A DNA stretch of 64,000 nt, taken from IMG/VR virus record IMGVR_UViG_3300037488_003551, positions 96,001 to 160,000 of that record, one strand, 5' to 3'. The DNA is from a virus. Under the pieces are notes generated by a model. The model was not told the origin of the DNA. It searched no databases and worked only from the letters and a program-made list of their open reading frames with translations. Both the position numbers and the translations under genes were made by a program. Below are positions 48,904 to 58,594 of the stretch, piece by piece; the stretch's first letter is position 1; every line of letters starts with the position of its first letter.

Positions 48904-49488
48904 ATGTCGACTACCAAAGTATTTGAATCCTCAATTCAGGATACGCTGTGTCTCTACGGAGACTTTTACATGCGTGTCTACGACGTAGCTCCAGACGGTA
49001 CTCGAAAGCTTCGTTTTAGGTTCGCGAAAAAGAATCAAGTCACGGATGATGGACGTTTAACGATTTTGGGTTTGTTGTCGCAGGTTGTCCTCGGTGGGAC
49101 TCCTGTCCAAATGAATCCGGAGTACGGCCAGATTTGGTCGCTGAGTATCGGAGATGGGGCAATTCCTCCGGCATCTTCGCAACATACTCTTGTTTCTCCT
49201 GTTTGGACGGGAGCTCTGGACGTCGCCCTCGGAGAACGTGCTTATAACGCGGGCGCTTTTCAGTTGAATATCCACAAGGAAGTTCCAGTGGGAGACGCCA
49301 CGGGTTCTACTTTTGCCGAGGCTGGACTCTTTACGCGCGGGTCGCAGGCCGCTCCTGGAGGCTTGTATCCAACGTGGCAAGATATCCCGGAGCGGATGAT
49401 GTATTCCAGGCAGATTTTCCCTTCGTTTGAAAAGGGTGCAACCATGTCCGTGGTGTTCGATTGGACCCTCGGAATGACCGTGGCATAA
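48904..49488 (+). CDS. Tail collar/fibre attachment protein
   Basis: KNQVT..G, EAGLF, YSRQIF..FEK....FDWTL motifs. Confidence 0.6.
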   Translation: MSTTKVFESSIQDTLCLYGDFYMRVYDVAPDGTRKLRFRFAKKNQVTDDGRLTILGLLSQVVLGGTPVQMNPEYGQIWSLSIGDGAIPPASSQHTLVSPVWTGALDVALGERAYNAGAFQLNIHKEVPVGDATGSTFAEAGLFTRGSQAAPGGLYPTWQDIPERMMYSRQIFPSFEKGATMSVVFDWTLGMTVA

Positions 49489-49501
49489 GGAGTAATGAAG
49501 C

Positions 49502-52372
49502 ATGTCGACACAACTCATTGACCTTGAATCTGGGAGCGTTGCCACTGGTGATTCTGGCGAGCGCACGGACGCGGACGCTATCAAGCCTATCGACGCCGGG
49601 GAGCGGGTCCAGGCCGCGGTCATCGACCGACCCTTTGAGAACCTTCGTGCGCGCACGGAAGAGCTTAGGAAGAAGGTCGAGGAGCTCCTCTACCGCGCGG
49701 ACGCGGACAAGTGGATCATCACGGGCGGCAACACTATCGGTGCAGTATCGGGACCAACCGCGGCATTTCCGACGGTGTCTTGGGACGCGACGACGGGACT
49801 TTGTACCGTATCAGAGGCGATTGTCGTTCAGCCTTTTGTGGCTCCAAGTACCGACCTTTTTGGATTTATCGATTGGGCTTTTACCGAATCGGTTGCTCCT
49901 TTCGGCACGGTAACCTTCCGGTTTGAGGCTAACGACGACCCGCTCGCTGGCACGATTCTTTACGATTACCAGCTGGCGAACAGCCTACGCGTTTATTGGG
50001 AGTCGAGCGCTTCTCTTGGAGCGGGGGTATTCTGCCAAGCAACGCTTGAGGGTTCTCCTGTCCATATGCTACGGATTGTCGTTCGTTCCGATGGGACAAC
50101 GACCGCGGCACATGTTCAAGCTGAGCTCAATACGATTTTAGCCCCAGTTGTTCCGGATTCTATTCTCAAGTTCACATTGACGGGTCTTGGAACTACTTTC
50201 GTTGAGTGGGTAGAGACCCCCGGGCGTCCCAACGAGTACATGTTCAATACGTATTCGCGCGAGATGCATCGAATGACCAAGACCGTGTTCGATGGTTTCT
50301 TTGTTGGGTCGCCTCTCTCGGTGGACGGTGACGGCATCGGTATTTGGTATGCGGAGCTTACTGACTCAGATACGACACAGCACGGCGGGCGCCGGCAAGC
50401 GACGCCTACGACAGCTACGGATGTTGGGCCATTTCTTCCGCCTAATACGGTTGTCCCTGTTACCAAGCTTTTCAAGTTTTCTACAGAGCCCGAGAAGATT
50501 CCTGGCTGCATCCCCCTTTGCCGTCGCATCGGCACTTACCTCGTCTTTATTGATGGGACTATCGTGAATCACACGCAGACTGTTTCATTTGGTAATGCAG
50601 ATTTCGCACCGCTGTTGGCTCGGTATAATGCGCATGTTGGTGGAACGGCTGAAGAGCATGCTGCGAGCGATATTACAACTACAGGAATTGCAGGGGCTCC
50701 TGAGTCGATAGGAGTATCCGAAGTACAATCGGTACTAGCTGCACTGTACGGGCATGTGAATGACCGGGTTGAATTGATTCCATATAATGCACATACAGGT
50801 GGTACTGGGTCAAAACACAATGCGAGTGCTATCGTTTACACACCATCTGCTTTTCCTTACACGTGGTTAACTGATACAGATGTAAGTGCTGTTCTTCGTG
50901 CTATAGAATATTTATTGGCAATCAGCACGACAACGCCAGACGGTGCGACGTATATTGGCGCGGCTGCTATCGCAGGTACTCCTGAGTCAGTACCAAATGG
51001 AACCGTACGGAGTCATCTAGTTGCGATTATGGGAGATTTAAACGACAGGACTGAGCGGAGTTCTACTGAGTCAGTAGATGGATACTGGAAATTTAAAGGT
51101 TTTGAAGGAGGTACTATTCCTCCTGGTGAAACTTGGCTAGATACCATCGCAGGAAAACGTTGGGGAGCAGTTGTTCCTGAGTTCGAAGGAAATCCTTGGG
51201 CACACGCGGGAGCGCATCAAAACAAATATACGCGTACGGCTTCTAACTGGTTGGATATTTGTCCGGGTTGGAATTACACTAGTGGCTACCCTGTAATATA
51301 CCTGCTAGACGCAACGTTTCCGGCCACAACCGTTTCTATTCGAGAAATAGATACGCGCAATTGGGATATGTTAGGGACATCGGTTGATCGTAATGTCACC
51401 GTACCCGCGGATCATATTCCAGTTTCTATGTGTTGTGATGGCCCTTACATTTATGTTCTTTGTAAGGCCAATGTCGCAGGTACGAATAGTGCAATTCTTT
51501 GTTATAGCACTAATCCGTGGAACTCTACTCCGGTGTGGACTCGTACGTGTGCTGGTTACGCGATAGGTACAGATATAAGCTCGTATTTACGCAGCAAGAT
51601 AATCATTGCCAGCGATACGCATTTGGCGATGACTTTCGGTGCTTTGATAACAAGTACGAGTCCAGGTGGAGCTATTATGGCCATTTTGGCCAAAGATAAC
51701 AGTGCTATAACTTACGGAAGAGGTAATCTAGACGCTACGGGATTTGGTCCTTCGGGTGGATTATGTTCGGATGGAGCACATGTTCATTTTGGAGCACGTA
51801 AAGATGTTGTAGGTCCCGCTAATACAGCATTAGCTTCCGCAGCTATTGCTGGACCTACGGGAGGCGGTCTCTATGCTGCTCCTAAAACGGAATCACACGA
51901 TTATCCTATTCACGATATGATATTTGATGGGCAAATGGTTTGGGCAATACATAACGGAGGGCATATCTCGGTTTGGCATTTAAATCCAGATGAATTCTTA
52001 TACGATTTTATAGACCTAGGGGATACCATCGCCGATGTTGATGATGGTTTTGGTAATATCACGTACATACAACGGTGTGCAATTGCTTTTGATGGGATAC
52101 ATATTTGGGTCGCTGCGCCATTAGCAGATTCGGCTCCTAGATACAATAGGTATTTTTCTAAGATAGATGCGATGGCTGCTTCACCTAACTACTCAAATGC
52201 GCAGGTTCCTCTTAAGTTAATAGTGAATAACAATTATATCTCTGGAGCACAAATTTGGGGTCGTATTTGTGCTTTTGCCGGTAGAGTGTGGGCAGTAAAA
52301 TGTGTAGATTCTATCGCATCACCTGTTGGAACTTTGTTCGTTATCGCTAAGTCTGAGTCACGAGGATATTAA
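49502..52372 (+). CDS. Tail fibre protein with C-terminal beta-propeller-like region
   Basis: 956 aa; N-terminal RPFENLRART anchor; H-x-ASxI repeats; repeated (C/F/S)DG..(I/V)(W/Y/H) motifs. Confidence 0.6.
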   Translation: MSTQLIDLESGSVATGDSGERTDADAIKPIDAGERVQAAVIDRPFENLRARTEELRKKVEELLYRADADKWIITGGNTIGAVSGPTAAFPTVSWDATTGLCTVSEAIVVQPFVAPSTDLFGFIDWAFTESVAPFGTVTFRFEANDDPLAGTILYDYQLANSLRVYWESSASLGAGVFCQATLEGSPVHMLRIVVRSDGTTTAAHVQAELNTILAPVVPDSILKFTLTGLGTTFVEWVETPGRPNEYMFNTYSREMHRMTKTVFDGFFVGSPLSVDGDGIGIWYAELTDSDTTQHGGRRQATPTTATDVGPFLPPNTVVPVTKLFKFSTEPEKIPGCIPLCRRIGTYLVFIDGTIVNHTQTVSFGNADFAPLLARYNAHVGGTAEEHAASDITTTGIAGAPESIGVSEVQSVLAALYGHVNDRVELIPYNAHTGGTGSKHNASAIVYTPSAFPYTWLTDTDVSAVLRAIEYLLAISTTTPDGATYIGAAAIAGTPESVPNGTVRSHLVAIMGDLNDRTERSSTESVDGYWKFKGFEGGTIPPGETWLDTIAGKRWGAVVPEFEGNPWAHAGAHQNKYTRTASNWLDICPGWNYTSGYPVIYLLDATFPATTVSIREIDTRNWDMLGTSVDRNVTVPADHIPVSMCCDGPYIYVLCKANVAGTNSAILCYSTNPWNSTPVWTRTCAGYAIGTDISSYLRSKIIIASDTHLAMTFGALITSTSPGGAIMAILAKDNSAITYGRGNLDATGFGPSGGLCSDGAHVHFGARKDVVGPANTALASAAIAGPTGGGLYAAPKTESHDYPIHDMIFDGQMVWAIHNGGHISVWHLNPDEFLYDFIDLGDTIADVDDGFGNITYIQRCAIAFDGIHIWVAAPLADSAPRYNRYFSKIDAMAASPNYSNAQVPLKLIVNNNYISGAQIWGRICAFAGRVWAVKCVDSIASPVGTLFVIAKSESRGY

Positions 52373-52956
52373 ACAACATATTCAAACCTCGCCGGCACTT
52401 TATCCAACTCCACTTTAACTGACGAATTTATCCACTGAGTAATCCCAGTAGCCGTCGCCATGCGCGCGAGTATGCCTAGTCGCTCGGTCCCTTCCGTGGC
52501 TGCGAGCATGATGTCGTTTAGGTCTGGGCCATCTTTTGTGGCCTCGACCGCGGCCGGCCACATGTCCGAGATGGGTCCGTTATTCAGGTAGTCGAGGAAG
52601 GCCTGCTCCATGATGCTGGCAGCGCCCTCTTTGTCGTCGACGATGACGAAGGCTACGATGAGGCGGGCGGTGAGGGCCTGGATGGCAGGCGCGCTCAGGT
52701 TGGACCCGAGGGCAATATCGACGCCGTCGAGAGTGGCGAAGGCGAAGTGCTGGGCAATCTGCCGGGCTAGGGCGTGTGCAGCAAGAACAACGGTTTCAGC
52801 GGGAGGAGCTGCAGAGAGCGCCGAGGCAAATCCCGCGATATTGTCCACGAGTGCCACGGCTAGAGCACCTTCTCGAGAAAGTCGATTTGCTCGAGGTCGA
52901 ATCCGGCTGGCTGCTTTTTCAGGAAGATTTGAATCCCCTGCATACCCTCGTAGCAA
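52369..52956 (-). CDS. Hypothetical helical protein (true start probably downstream of 52956)
   Basis: Ala-rich ORF; 5' part overlaps the 52860-53048 ORF. Confidence 0.5.
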   Translation of the reverse strand: MLRGYAGDSNLPEKAASRIRPRANRLSREGALAVALVDNIAGFASALSAAPPAETVVLAAHALARQIAQHFAFATLDGVDIALGSNLSAPAIQALTARLIVAFVIVDDKEGAASIMEQAFLDYLNNGPISDMWPAAVEATKDGPDLNDIMLAATEGTERLGILARMATATGITQWINSSVKVELDKVPARFEYVV

Positions 52957-53048
52957 CCTTCACAGATATGTCCGAGGACATGTTCTCCGTGTTTCAATTC
53001 GATTGAGGTTACGGATTTGGGCTTAAAACAATTTGGGATGCTACACAT
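52860..53048 (-). CDS. Small zinc-finger-like protein
   Basis: CSIPNC...HICEGC; coupled to the RuvC gene. Confidence 0.45.
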   Translation of the reverse strand: MCSIPNCFKPKSVTSIELKHGEHVLGHICEGCYEGMQGIQIFLKKQPAGFDLEQIDFLEKVL

Positions 53049-53574
53049 CTTCGATCTCCAGTTGTTTGAGTTTAAAAAGGACTTCGAGTTGGGGGCGGTT
53101 TAAACCTTTAGGGTATACTGCTCCACGGGCGATTTCAGCCATCCATAGGGCGTCCGCCTCGTCGTCATCTTTAGCGGTTCCTGACCAATGATGCCAGCGT
53201 TTTCGTGCTGTTTCGATCATGTGTGCTTTATCCGCCAAACCGTTTCCCGTGGCAAACTTTTTGACAGCTGTCGGCGCTACGAGAAGAGTGGGAATGGAGT
53301 GGTCGAAACAGACGAGTAGGAATAGACCTCGTATTTGTCCTAGTAAATCGGCCTTCATCGGTTTTTCGTAGGCAGGCGCTTCGATAACAGCAAACCGCAG
53401 ACGGCCGATATACGGGTCGAGAAAATGTCCGATATGGTCACGGATGAAAGCGAGGCGCTCTCCGCCACGAAGTTTCTTAGGTAGAATCTTTCCCGCGTAC
53501 ACGTACTGGCTATTCTCGCCGAGGAGGGCGTAGCCTGTACTGGTAGCGGATGGGTCGATTCCCAAGAAATACAT
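53041..53574 (-). CDS. ruvC: RuvC-like Holliday junction resolvase
   Basis: LGIDPS, VIE, KKFATGNG.ADK, DDEADA motifs. Confidence 0.85.
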   Translation of the reverse strand: MYFLGIDPSATSTGYALLGENSQYVYAGKILPKKLRGGERLAFIRDHIGHFLDPYIGRLRFAVIEAPAYEKPMKADLLGQIRGLFLLVCFDHSIPTLLVAPTAVKKFATGNGLADKAHMIETARKRWHHWSGTAKDDDEADALWMAEIARGAVYPKGLNRPQLEVLFKLKQLEIEDV

Positions 53575-53608
53575 TGTAACCTCATACTAGGCCATCTATC
53601 ATTCGAGC

Positions 53609-54262
53609 ATGGCCAAACTGAGTGTAACATACAGTCGCGAAGTTCTGGTAGACGGCTATTTTTTAAAAGTAGTCATCAACTCCGCTCCTGCCACGGACCC
53701 TTCGGGAAAGCTCGAGGAATCTCTCGTCATCAACACGTCGGACGAGGACATGGCGCGCTTCGCGACGCTTGTGGACCTTGAAGACCTGACGGTTGGACCA
53801 GGCCTTTATTGGTTCCAGGCGGATTCGTATTCGGCTGGTACTCCCCAGATAGGGGATACGCTGGTCTTCACGACCATTCCAGGTTCATGGGTAGAACTCG
53901 GTTCTACTGCGCCCAAATCTTTTTTAATCGCCGCCGTCAATGGGACTCATTTTGCCTTGGAATCTACGACTGCATTTCCTTGTGGATTCACAGGGAATGT
54001 GACCTTCCATATTTTGGTAGGTGCGGGACCAACCGTTCGTGTAGCTTCTTCGACTCCGCGCGTCACTATTCGACGTTACAATCAGAACACTTCGGGGAAT
54101 CCCTTGTACGTGCGCGTCGCGAGCGCGGCTGAGCTCTTTACTTCGATAGAGGACGCGACGAATAAGCAGGCAGCGCTGCAAGCGGAAGCCGCCTCGTTAA
54201 TCGAAGCTACCGACTTGGAAGAAGAGTCCTTTACGGGGTCTATAACGGAGGTCTACGACTGA
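53609..54262 (+). CDS. Hypothetical structural protein
   Basis: 217 aa, acidic and Thr-rich; first gene of a three-gene + strand unit. Confidence 0.5.
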   Translation: MAKLSVTYSREVLVDGYFLKVVINSAPATDPSGKLEESLVINTSDEDMARFATLVDLEDLTVGPGLYWFQADSYSAGTPQIGDTLVFTTIPGSWVELGSTAPKSFLIAAVNGTHFALESTTAFPCGFTGNVTFHILVGAGPTVRVASSTPRVTIRRYNQNTSGNPLYVRVASAAELFTSIEDATNKQAALQAEAASLIEATDLEEESFTGSITEVYD

Positions 54263-54263
54263 C

Positions 54264-54638
54264 ATGGCTGTTACCATTACAGTAAAACAAACACAGTCTA
54301 TCGAAGCGGGAAATCTTTTCCGTGTTTTAGACGAAGTGACGAGCTCTACGGATATTTCGGCCGAAGTCTTTGTTTTCACGACTGAGACTCAGGCTTTCTC
54401 CCACGTCGCGACTGTGTACGATATTGAGCATATCCTAGACACGACCTATGCGGATGCGGTCACGAGTGGCGCCGAATATTACCGACTCGACACCGCCCAG
54501 AAGGACTACACAACTCAGGCGAAGGCCGAGGCGTTTGCCGCTTATACCTTGTCACGTATTAGAACTCTGGTCGGTGATTTCATTGAATACTCAGATGGTT
54601 TTGAAGGCGTGACCACCTACATCTACACAGGGGCTTAA
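54264..54638 (+). CDS. Hypothetical structural protein
   Basis: 124 aa; similar to the N-terminus of the next gene (VFVF...F..VAT.YD.E). Confidence 0.5.
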   Translation: MAVTITVKQTQSIEAGNLFRVLDEVTSSTDISAEVFVFTTETQAFSHVATVYDIEHILDTTYADAVTSGAEYYRLDTAQKDYTTQAKAEAFAAYTLSRIRTLVGDFIEYSDGFEGVTTYIYTGA

Positions 54639-55652
54639 ATGACTGACACAACAGTGGTGATGACCAGTACGACGATTGCGCTCCCTAACGGGTCGAGCGT
54701 TTACCAGATAGATGCTGAGGTAACTGTTAAAGGAGATTTGCTTTATCCGAATATTTTCGTGTTTCAGATTTTGGACCCGCTGGATACGACGCGCGATACC
54801 TTCGTGCGGGTGGGTACGCCTTATGACCTTGAGAATATTCCGCTGACTCGCGTAGCTGCAATAGCTGCAAGTCAGGAATACTTTCTCTCCTCAACGTTGC
54901 AGCGCCGTTACTCTGATTTGAATACTGCCGTGCAGGCAAAGGACGCGGTGCGGTCGCGCATAGATAATTGCGTGCAGGCCTGGCAAACATATTCGACCGA
55001 CTTCTCAGGAACAGATACCAACTACCATCCAACAGCAGAAGCGACGTACGAGCAGCAGCTCAAAGACGATTATGTAGACGCGCGAGATGCACGCGTTGCG
55101 GCGGATGAAGTGGTAGCAGCTGCCGATATTGCATTAGTTTTGGCGCAGGATGCCGTTGACGACGCGGTTGCGGTCAGCACGATCTATCGGAATGACTTAA
55201 CTTTTACGGAGCAATCCTACGTTATTTATTGGGCACACTATTACGCAGCTGAAAATGCTTTTGCAGTTAATATGGCTGCGCGCTTTGCGGCTTTTAAAAT
55301 ACAGTACACTTCGCTATCGGGGAATCCTTATAAATCGTCAAGCGGATACGGCGATTCGTACGATACGTGGCTAGGGCAGCTACAGATTATGGAAGTCGCG
55401 CTTACAGACCGAACAAATGTTGCCGGTGATGGCGCGGCGCTAGAAAGTGCTTTTGGAAACTTCCATGCTTCCATAGGTGGACTTTATACGACCCAACAAG
55501 GCGTCATCGCCACCGCCAATGTCACCGTGGCAACTGCGGTCACGACAAAAAAAGAGGCCGAAGCCTCTTTGGCGTCGGCGCAGCTGGCGGAGGATGCAGC
55601 CCTTGCTGCTGTCCTCGCCGTCTGCCCCGACTTCGATCTTGCTTCAGTCTGA
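54639..55652 (+). CDS. Hypothetical structural coiled-coil protein
   Basis: 337 aa, Ala-rich helical C-terminal half. Confidence 0.5.
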   Translation: MTDTTVVMTSTTIALPNGSSVYQIDAEVTVKGDLLYPNIFVFQILDPLDTTRDTFVRVGTPYDLENIPLTRVAAIAASQEYFLSSTLQRRYSDLNTAVQAKDAVRSRIDNCVQAWQTYSTDFSGTDTNYHPTAEATYEQQLKDDYVDARDARVAADEVVAAADIALVLAQDAVDDAVAVSTIYRNDLTFTEQSYVIYWAHYYAAENAFAVNMAARFAAFKIQYTSLSGNPYKSSSGYGDSYDTWLGQLQIMEVALTDRTNVAGDGAALESAFGNFHASIGGLYTTQQGVIATANVTVATAVTTKKEAEASLASAQLAEDAALAAVLAVCPDFDLASV

Positions 55653-57068
55653 TTCACGATTCAGTAAATGCATGGGGATATGCTGTCTTCCGTAATAACG
55701 GAATCCATCGAAGATATCGTTGATGTCCAGGGGCCAGTAGAGTTCGCCTCTTTCGCTGCTGTCGCTGTACACAACTCTAACGCTGTCATACCGGGGTTGG
55801 GTATAACGTGTGCTATAAGAGGTACTATGCCAACCAGAATTGCGTGTGGGGGAATAGTTATATTGGCAGGTCATTTCGTAGAGAGCGAGGGTCGTATCCG
55901 ATATGGGCGCACAATCTTCGGGCTGTAATAGATTTTTGTCTTTGTCGTGTTTTTGTAGATATTCCGCGGCATCCAAGAATGTTTTGAAGTATCGCATTGT
56001 CATTCGTGGTCTTGTTTTAAATCTGATGTTGATTCGAGTACTTTCAGCGCATAAATCCACCGACATGATGAGTTTATACCTGTTAGACCTCCATGGAAGG
56101 TCTCCTACGTTTTTGAGCACGTAGGCCATAGATTCTTTTGGAAAATCTTTATAGCGATTAGCGTAAGCGGCTATTAATTGTTCGCTCGTTACGTTCGTGG
56201 CTGAGTTACAATGAGCTACATATCTTTTGGACCTATAAGAATTGAATGAATCGCAGGATTTCTTAAGCGAGCAGGATACGCAGACCTGTTTTATTAGGCG
56301 TTGGCATTCTGCTTTTGTTTTTGCGGCTCGCGATTGTCGGTCACGGAGGTCGTCTATCTCTGCGAAGTCGTGCGCGGATATGTCTCGAATATAGGGCTGG
56401 AAGGCGGCGCGGCGCTCTGTGCGAGTCCCCCATTTGGTTCGTGTAATTGTATCAGTCTTCGTATAGATAGGAGATACCCATTTGTGTTCACCTATTGGCG
56501 GATGCTTAGCCTTTTCTAGAATCTCGCGCAAGTCATCCGCATCAATATCGCTTAAATCGTCAGGACTTTCTTGTGCTGCTTTTATTGGGCAGGGTTCTCC
56601 GGGTGTATCCGCGTTATGTGTTCGGATGCACTCTTCACACCCTCCGGAGATACGCCAAGGCCGAGTACAGAGTCGGTAGAATTCGTAGAGGCGGGCAGCG
56701 TGTATAGTTCCGTCGGCGTTTATTAGAGCGATGGGTTCATCTAACTTCTGGTCTTTTAAAAGATTTAGCACCATATCAAAACTGGGGACTGCCACGCATT
56801 CTTCTGAGACCGCGTCCGCACGACTAAGTACGAAAGGAATTTCGAGTTTAAGCGCAGCTAATTCTGCTGCACGTCGTCCGAGTTCTTCTATAGTTTGTGC
56901 GGAGGAATTAAAGAGCAGGGCGGGATATGGATTGCGAACACTTCCAGCAGTAGCCAGTGTGTAGTACTTATCCTCCGCTGAGAACACCACATCCAGAGGT
57001 TTTTTCAATAGCTCCGTGGAGCTCGGCGTATAGGGTTTCACCTTTTCTAGGATCGACATGTCGAACAT
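55644..57068 (-). CDS. Cys-rich hypothetical protein downstream of the RT (candidate partner/effector)
   Basis: 474 aa; CEEC..H...CP and CVSC....SC...HC clusters; start overlaps the RT 3' end. Confidence 0.6.
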   Translation of the reverse strand: MFDMSILEKVKPYTPSSTELLKKPLDVVFSAEDKYYTLATAGSVRNPYPALLFNSSAQTIEELGRRAAELAALKLEIPFVLSRADAVSEECVAVPSFDMVLNLLKDQKLDEPIALINADGTIHAARLYEFYRLCTRPWRISGGCEECIRTHNADTPGEPCPIKAAQESPDDLSDIDADDLREILEKAKHPPIGEHKWVSPIYTKTDTITRTKWGTRTERRAAFQPYIRDISAHDFAEIDDLRDRQSRAAKTKAECQRLIKQVCVSCSLKKSCDSFNSYRSKRYVAHCNSATNVTSEQLIAAYANRYKDFPKESMAYVLKNVGDLPWRSNRYKLIMSVDLCAESTRINIRFKTRPRMTMRYFKTFLDAAEYLQKHDKDKNLLQPEDCAPISDTTLALYEMTCQYNYSPTRNSGWHSTSYSTRYTQPRYDSVRVVYSDSSERGELYWPLDINDIFDGFRYYGRQHIPMHLLNRESD

Positions 57069-58110
57069 ACGCTACTTTTCCTCTCAGCCAGTGCAGTAAC
57101 TGCTCTGGGTTATCAAAACCAGCACGCTGGTATTGGGTTTCAAAGCCATCAATGAGACAATTGTGCACGATGGCTCGTAGGCGTAGGTACTCGGCTCGAT
57201 TTATTGTTATATGGCCATTAAAGTTCAGACCGAGGAGGTCTTTATTTCTATTAGATGATCGGATATGCACTTTATTATAATTAACGCGGTATCCAGTTTC
57301 TTCGATAACTTCAATAAGCTTTTTAACAATTTGAATCTTCTCGTCGAAGGCAAAATCCCGACCACATGTAAACGATAGGTCGTCCGCATAACGGGAATAC
57401 ACCCAAGCATAGGCACCGCTTAAGTTAAATTTCTCGTTCAATTTCTCTAAGTACTTACAGATGGGTTGGTCCAGGCGGTAATACGCCACTAGATTGCAGA
57501 CAGCGCCGGAGGTAGGAGCTCCCTGGGGGACACCATTACGCGTGCCCTCGGGGTAGTTTTTAGTGGGGCAGGGGATACCTTTTACGGTGACGATATCGCG
57601 AATAGGTCCAGCGACTTCATTGGGGAAGCCCAGATTCTTTTCGAGCATCTCGCCTACCCAGAATCGCCGTGTTCGATTGAAGAAGTCCATCAGGTCCATC
57701 TGGATGTACGCCCCCTTTCGAGGGCACTTGTGTTTGGGCGGGGTGAACTCAGTCGAGTCGCAGATGGGGCAGGGAGCTATATGTCGTGCGACCGCCATGG
57801 AGATATTTTGTCCTGGGCGGTATGCGGTTACATACACGGGCATGTGCTCTTGTAGCTGATTTAAAAACCCTGTGTTGAGACGTTTCTGTAAAAACTTCAT
57901 ACAAGCGTTTGGTGCATGTATGAGCCGAAATTTTCCGGATTTCTTTTTGATTCGTATTAGTCGATACTTTTGTTCGCTTCCTACAACGACGCCATACCAT
58001 AGCGTCTTGGCTCTCACTCCGATGTGGTTGGCTAGGCTGATATCGTCGAAAGGTAACTTCGACATTGGCCCATTTGTGGATATTACGAATATCTTAGAGT
58101 CTTCTTTCAA
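56968..58110 (-). CDS. Retron-type reverse transcriptase
   Basis: IKKKSGKFRLIHAP, region-X-like AVARH, MDLMDFF, GVPQGAPTSG, YSRYADDLSF, region-Y-like LLGLNFN and LRAIVHN. Confidence 0.85.
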   Translation of the reverse strand: MKEDSKIFVISTNGPMSKLPFDDISLANHIGVRAKTLWYGVVVGSEQKYRLIRIKKKSGKFRLIHAPNACMKFLQKRLNTGFLNQLQEHMPVYVTAYRPGQNISMAVARHIAPCPICDSTEFTPPKHKCPRKGAYIQMDLMDFFNRTRRFWVGEMLEKNLGFPNEVAGPIRDIVTVKGIPCPTKNYPEGTRNGVPQGAPTSGAVCNLVAYYRLDQPICKYLEKLNEKFNLSGAYAWVYSRYADDLSFTCGRDFAFDEKIQIVKKLIEVIEETGYRVNYNKVHIRSSNRNKDLLGLNFNGHITINRAEYLRLRAIVHNCLIDGFETQYQRAGFDNPEQLLHWLRGKVAYVRHVDPRKGETLYAELHGAIEKTSGCGVLSGG

Positions 58111-58594
58111 TACCCCTCCAGAAGTGGTTCAGGCAGGAGTTTGTCCCGGGAGTGCAATCCCCTACGATGAAGTGGTGTGAGCGTGCACAGTAAGTGCACG
58201 GAGGTTCGAAGATACCGTTTTCAAGGAAATAGAATTTCCCTAGTCCGTGCCCGAGGGTCACGCTCTTTGCTTTAACCGATTTACGTGAGTACTGGTAAGC
58301 ATATTTCTTTTCTTTTGTAATGTAAGTGGGGACCATAATACACGCGTTGCCGTGGAGTAAGAGGTCACAATATTCTTCAATTTCTTTGGTGCCCTCTTTC
58401 TTCACGATTATAGAAAGATTCTTAGACGGAAAAATTACCCATGCCGTCTTGAATAGATTTGCCAGTTCTGTAAACACCGTGGACGTTACGATGTAGTAAA
58501 CATTCCATGGTATCCGATTGGGTTCCAGAGTCGAGACTCGGTGCGTGGTGTAGCGGTCAGGGCGTTTGACTCTGATAACAGTTACGTCAGTCAT
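58094..58594 (-). CDS. Hypothetical protein with C-terminal Cys motif, directly upstream of the RT
   Basis: 166 aa; CTYC...GDCTPG...C; overlaps both neighbours. Confidence 0.55.
   Translation of the reverse strand: MTDVTVIRVKRPDRYTTHRVSTLEPNRIPWNVYYIVTSTVFTELANLFKTAWVIFPSKNLSIIVKKEGTKEIEEYCDLLLHGNACIMVPTYITKEKKYAYQYSRKSVKAKSVTLGHGLGKFYFLENGIFEPPCTYCARSHHFIVGDCTPGTNSCLNHFWRGIERRL

Noticed and set aside
56968-58110. RT as part of a diversity-generating retroelement targeting the tail fibres
   Set aside because: Motifs are retron-like (QGAPTS, YADD, regions X/Y). No near-identical TR/VR pair differing only at adenines was seen, and the paralogous fibre modules differ at all base types.
56968-58110. 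RT as a group II intron maturase
   Set aside because: No flanking non-coding intron RNA, no interrupted host gene, and no recognisable maturase or HNH domain
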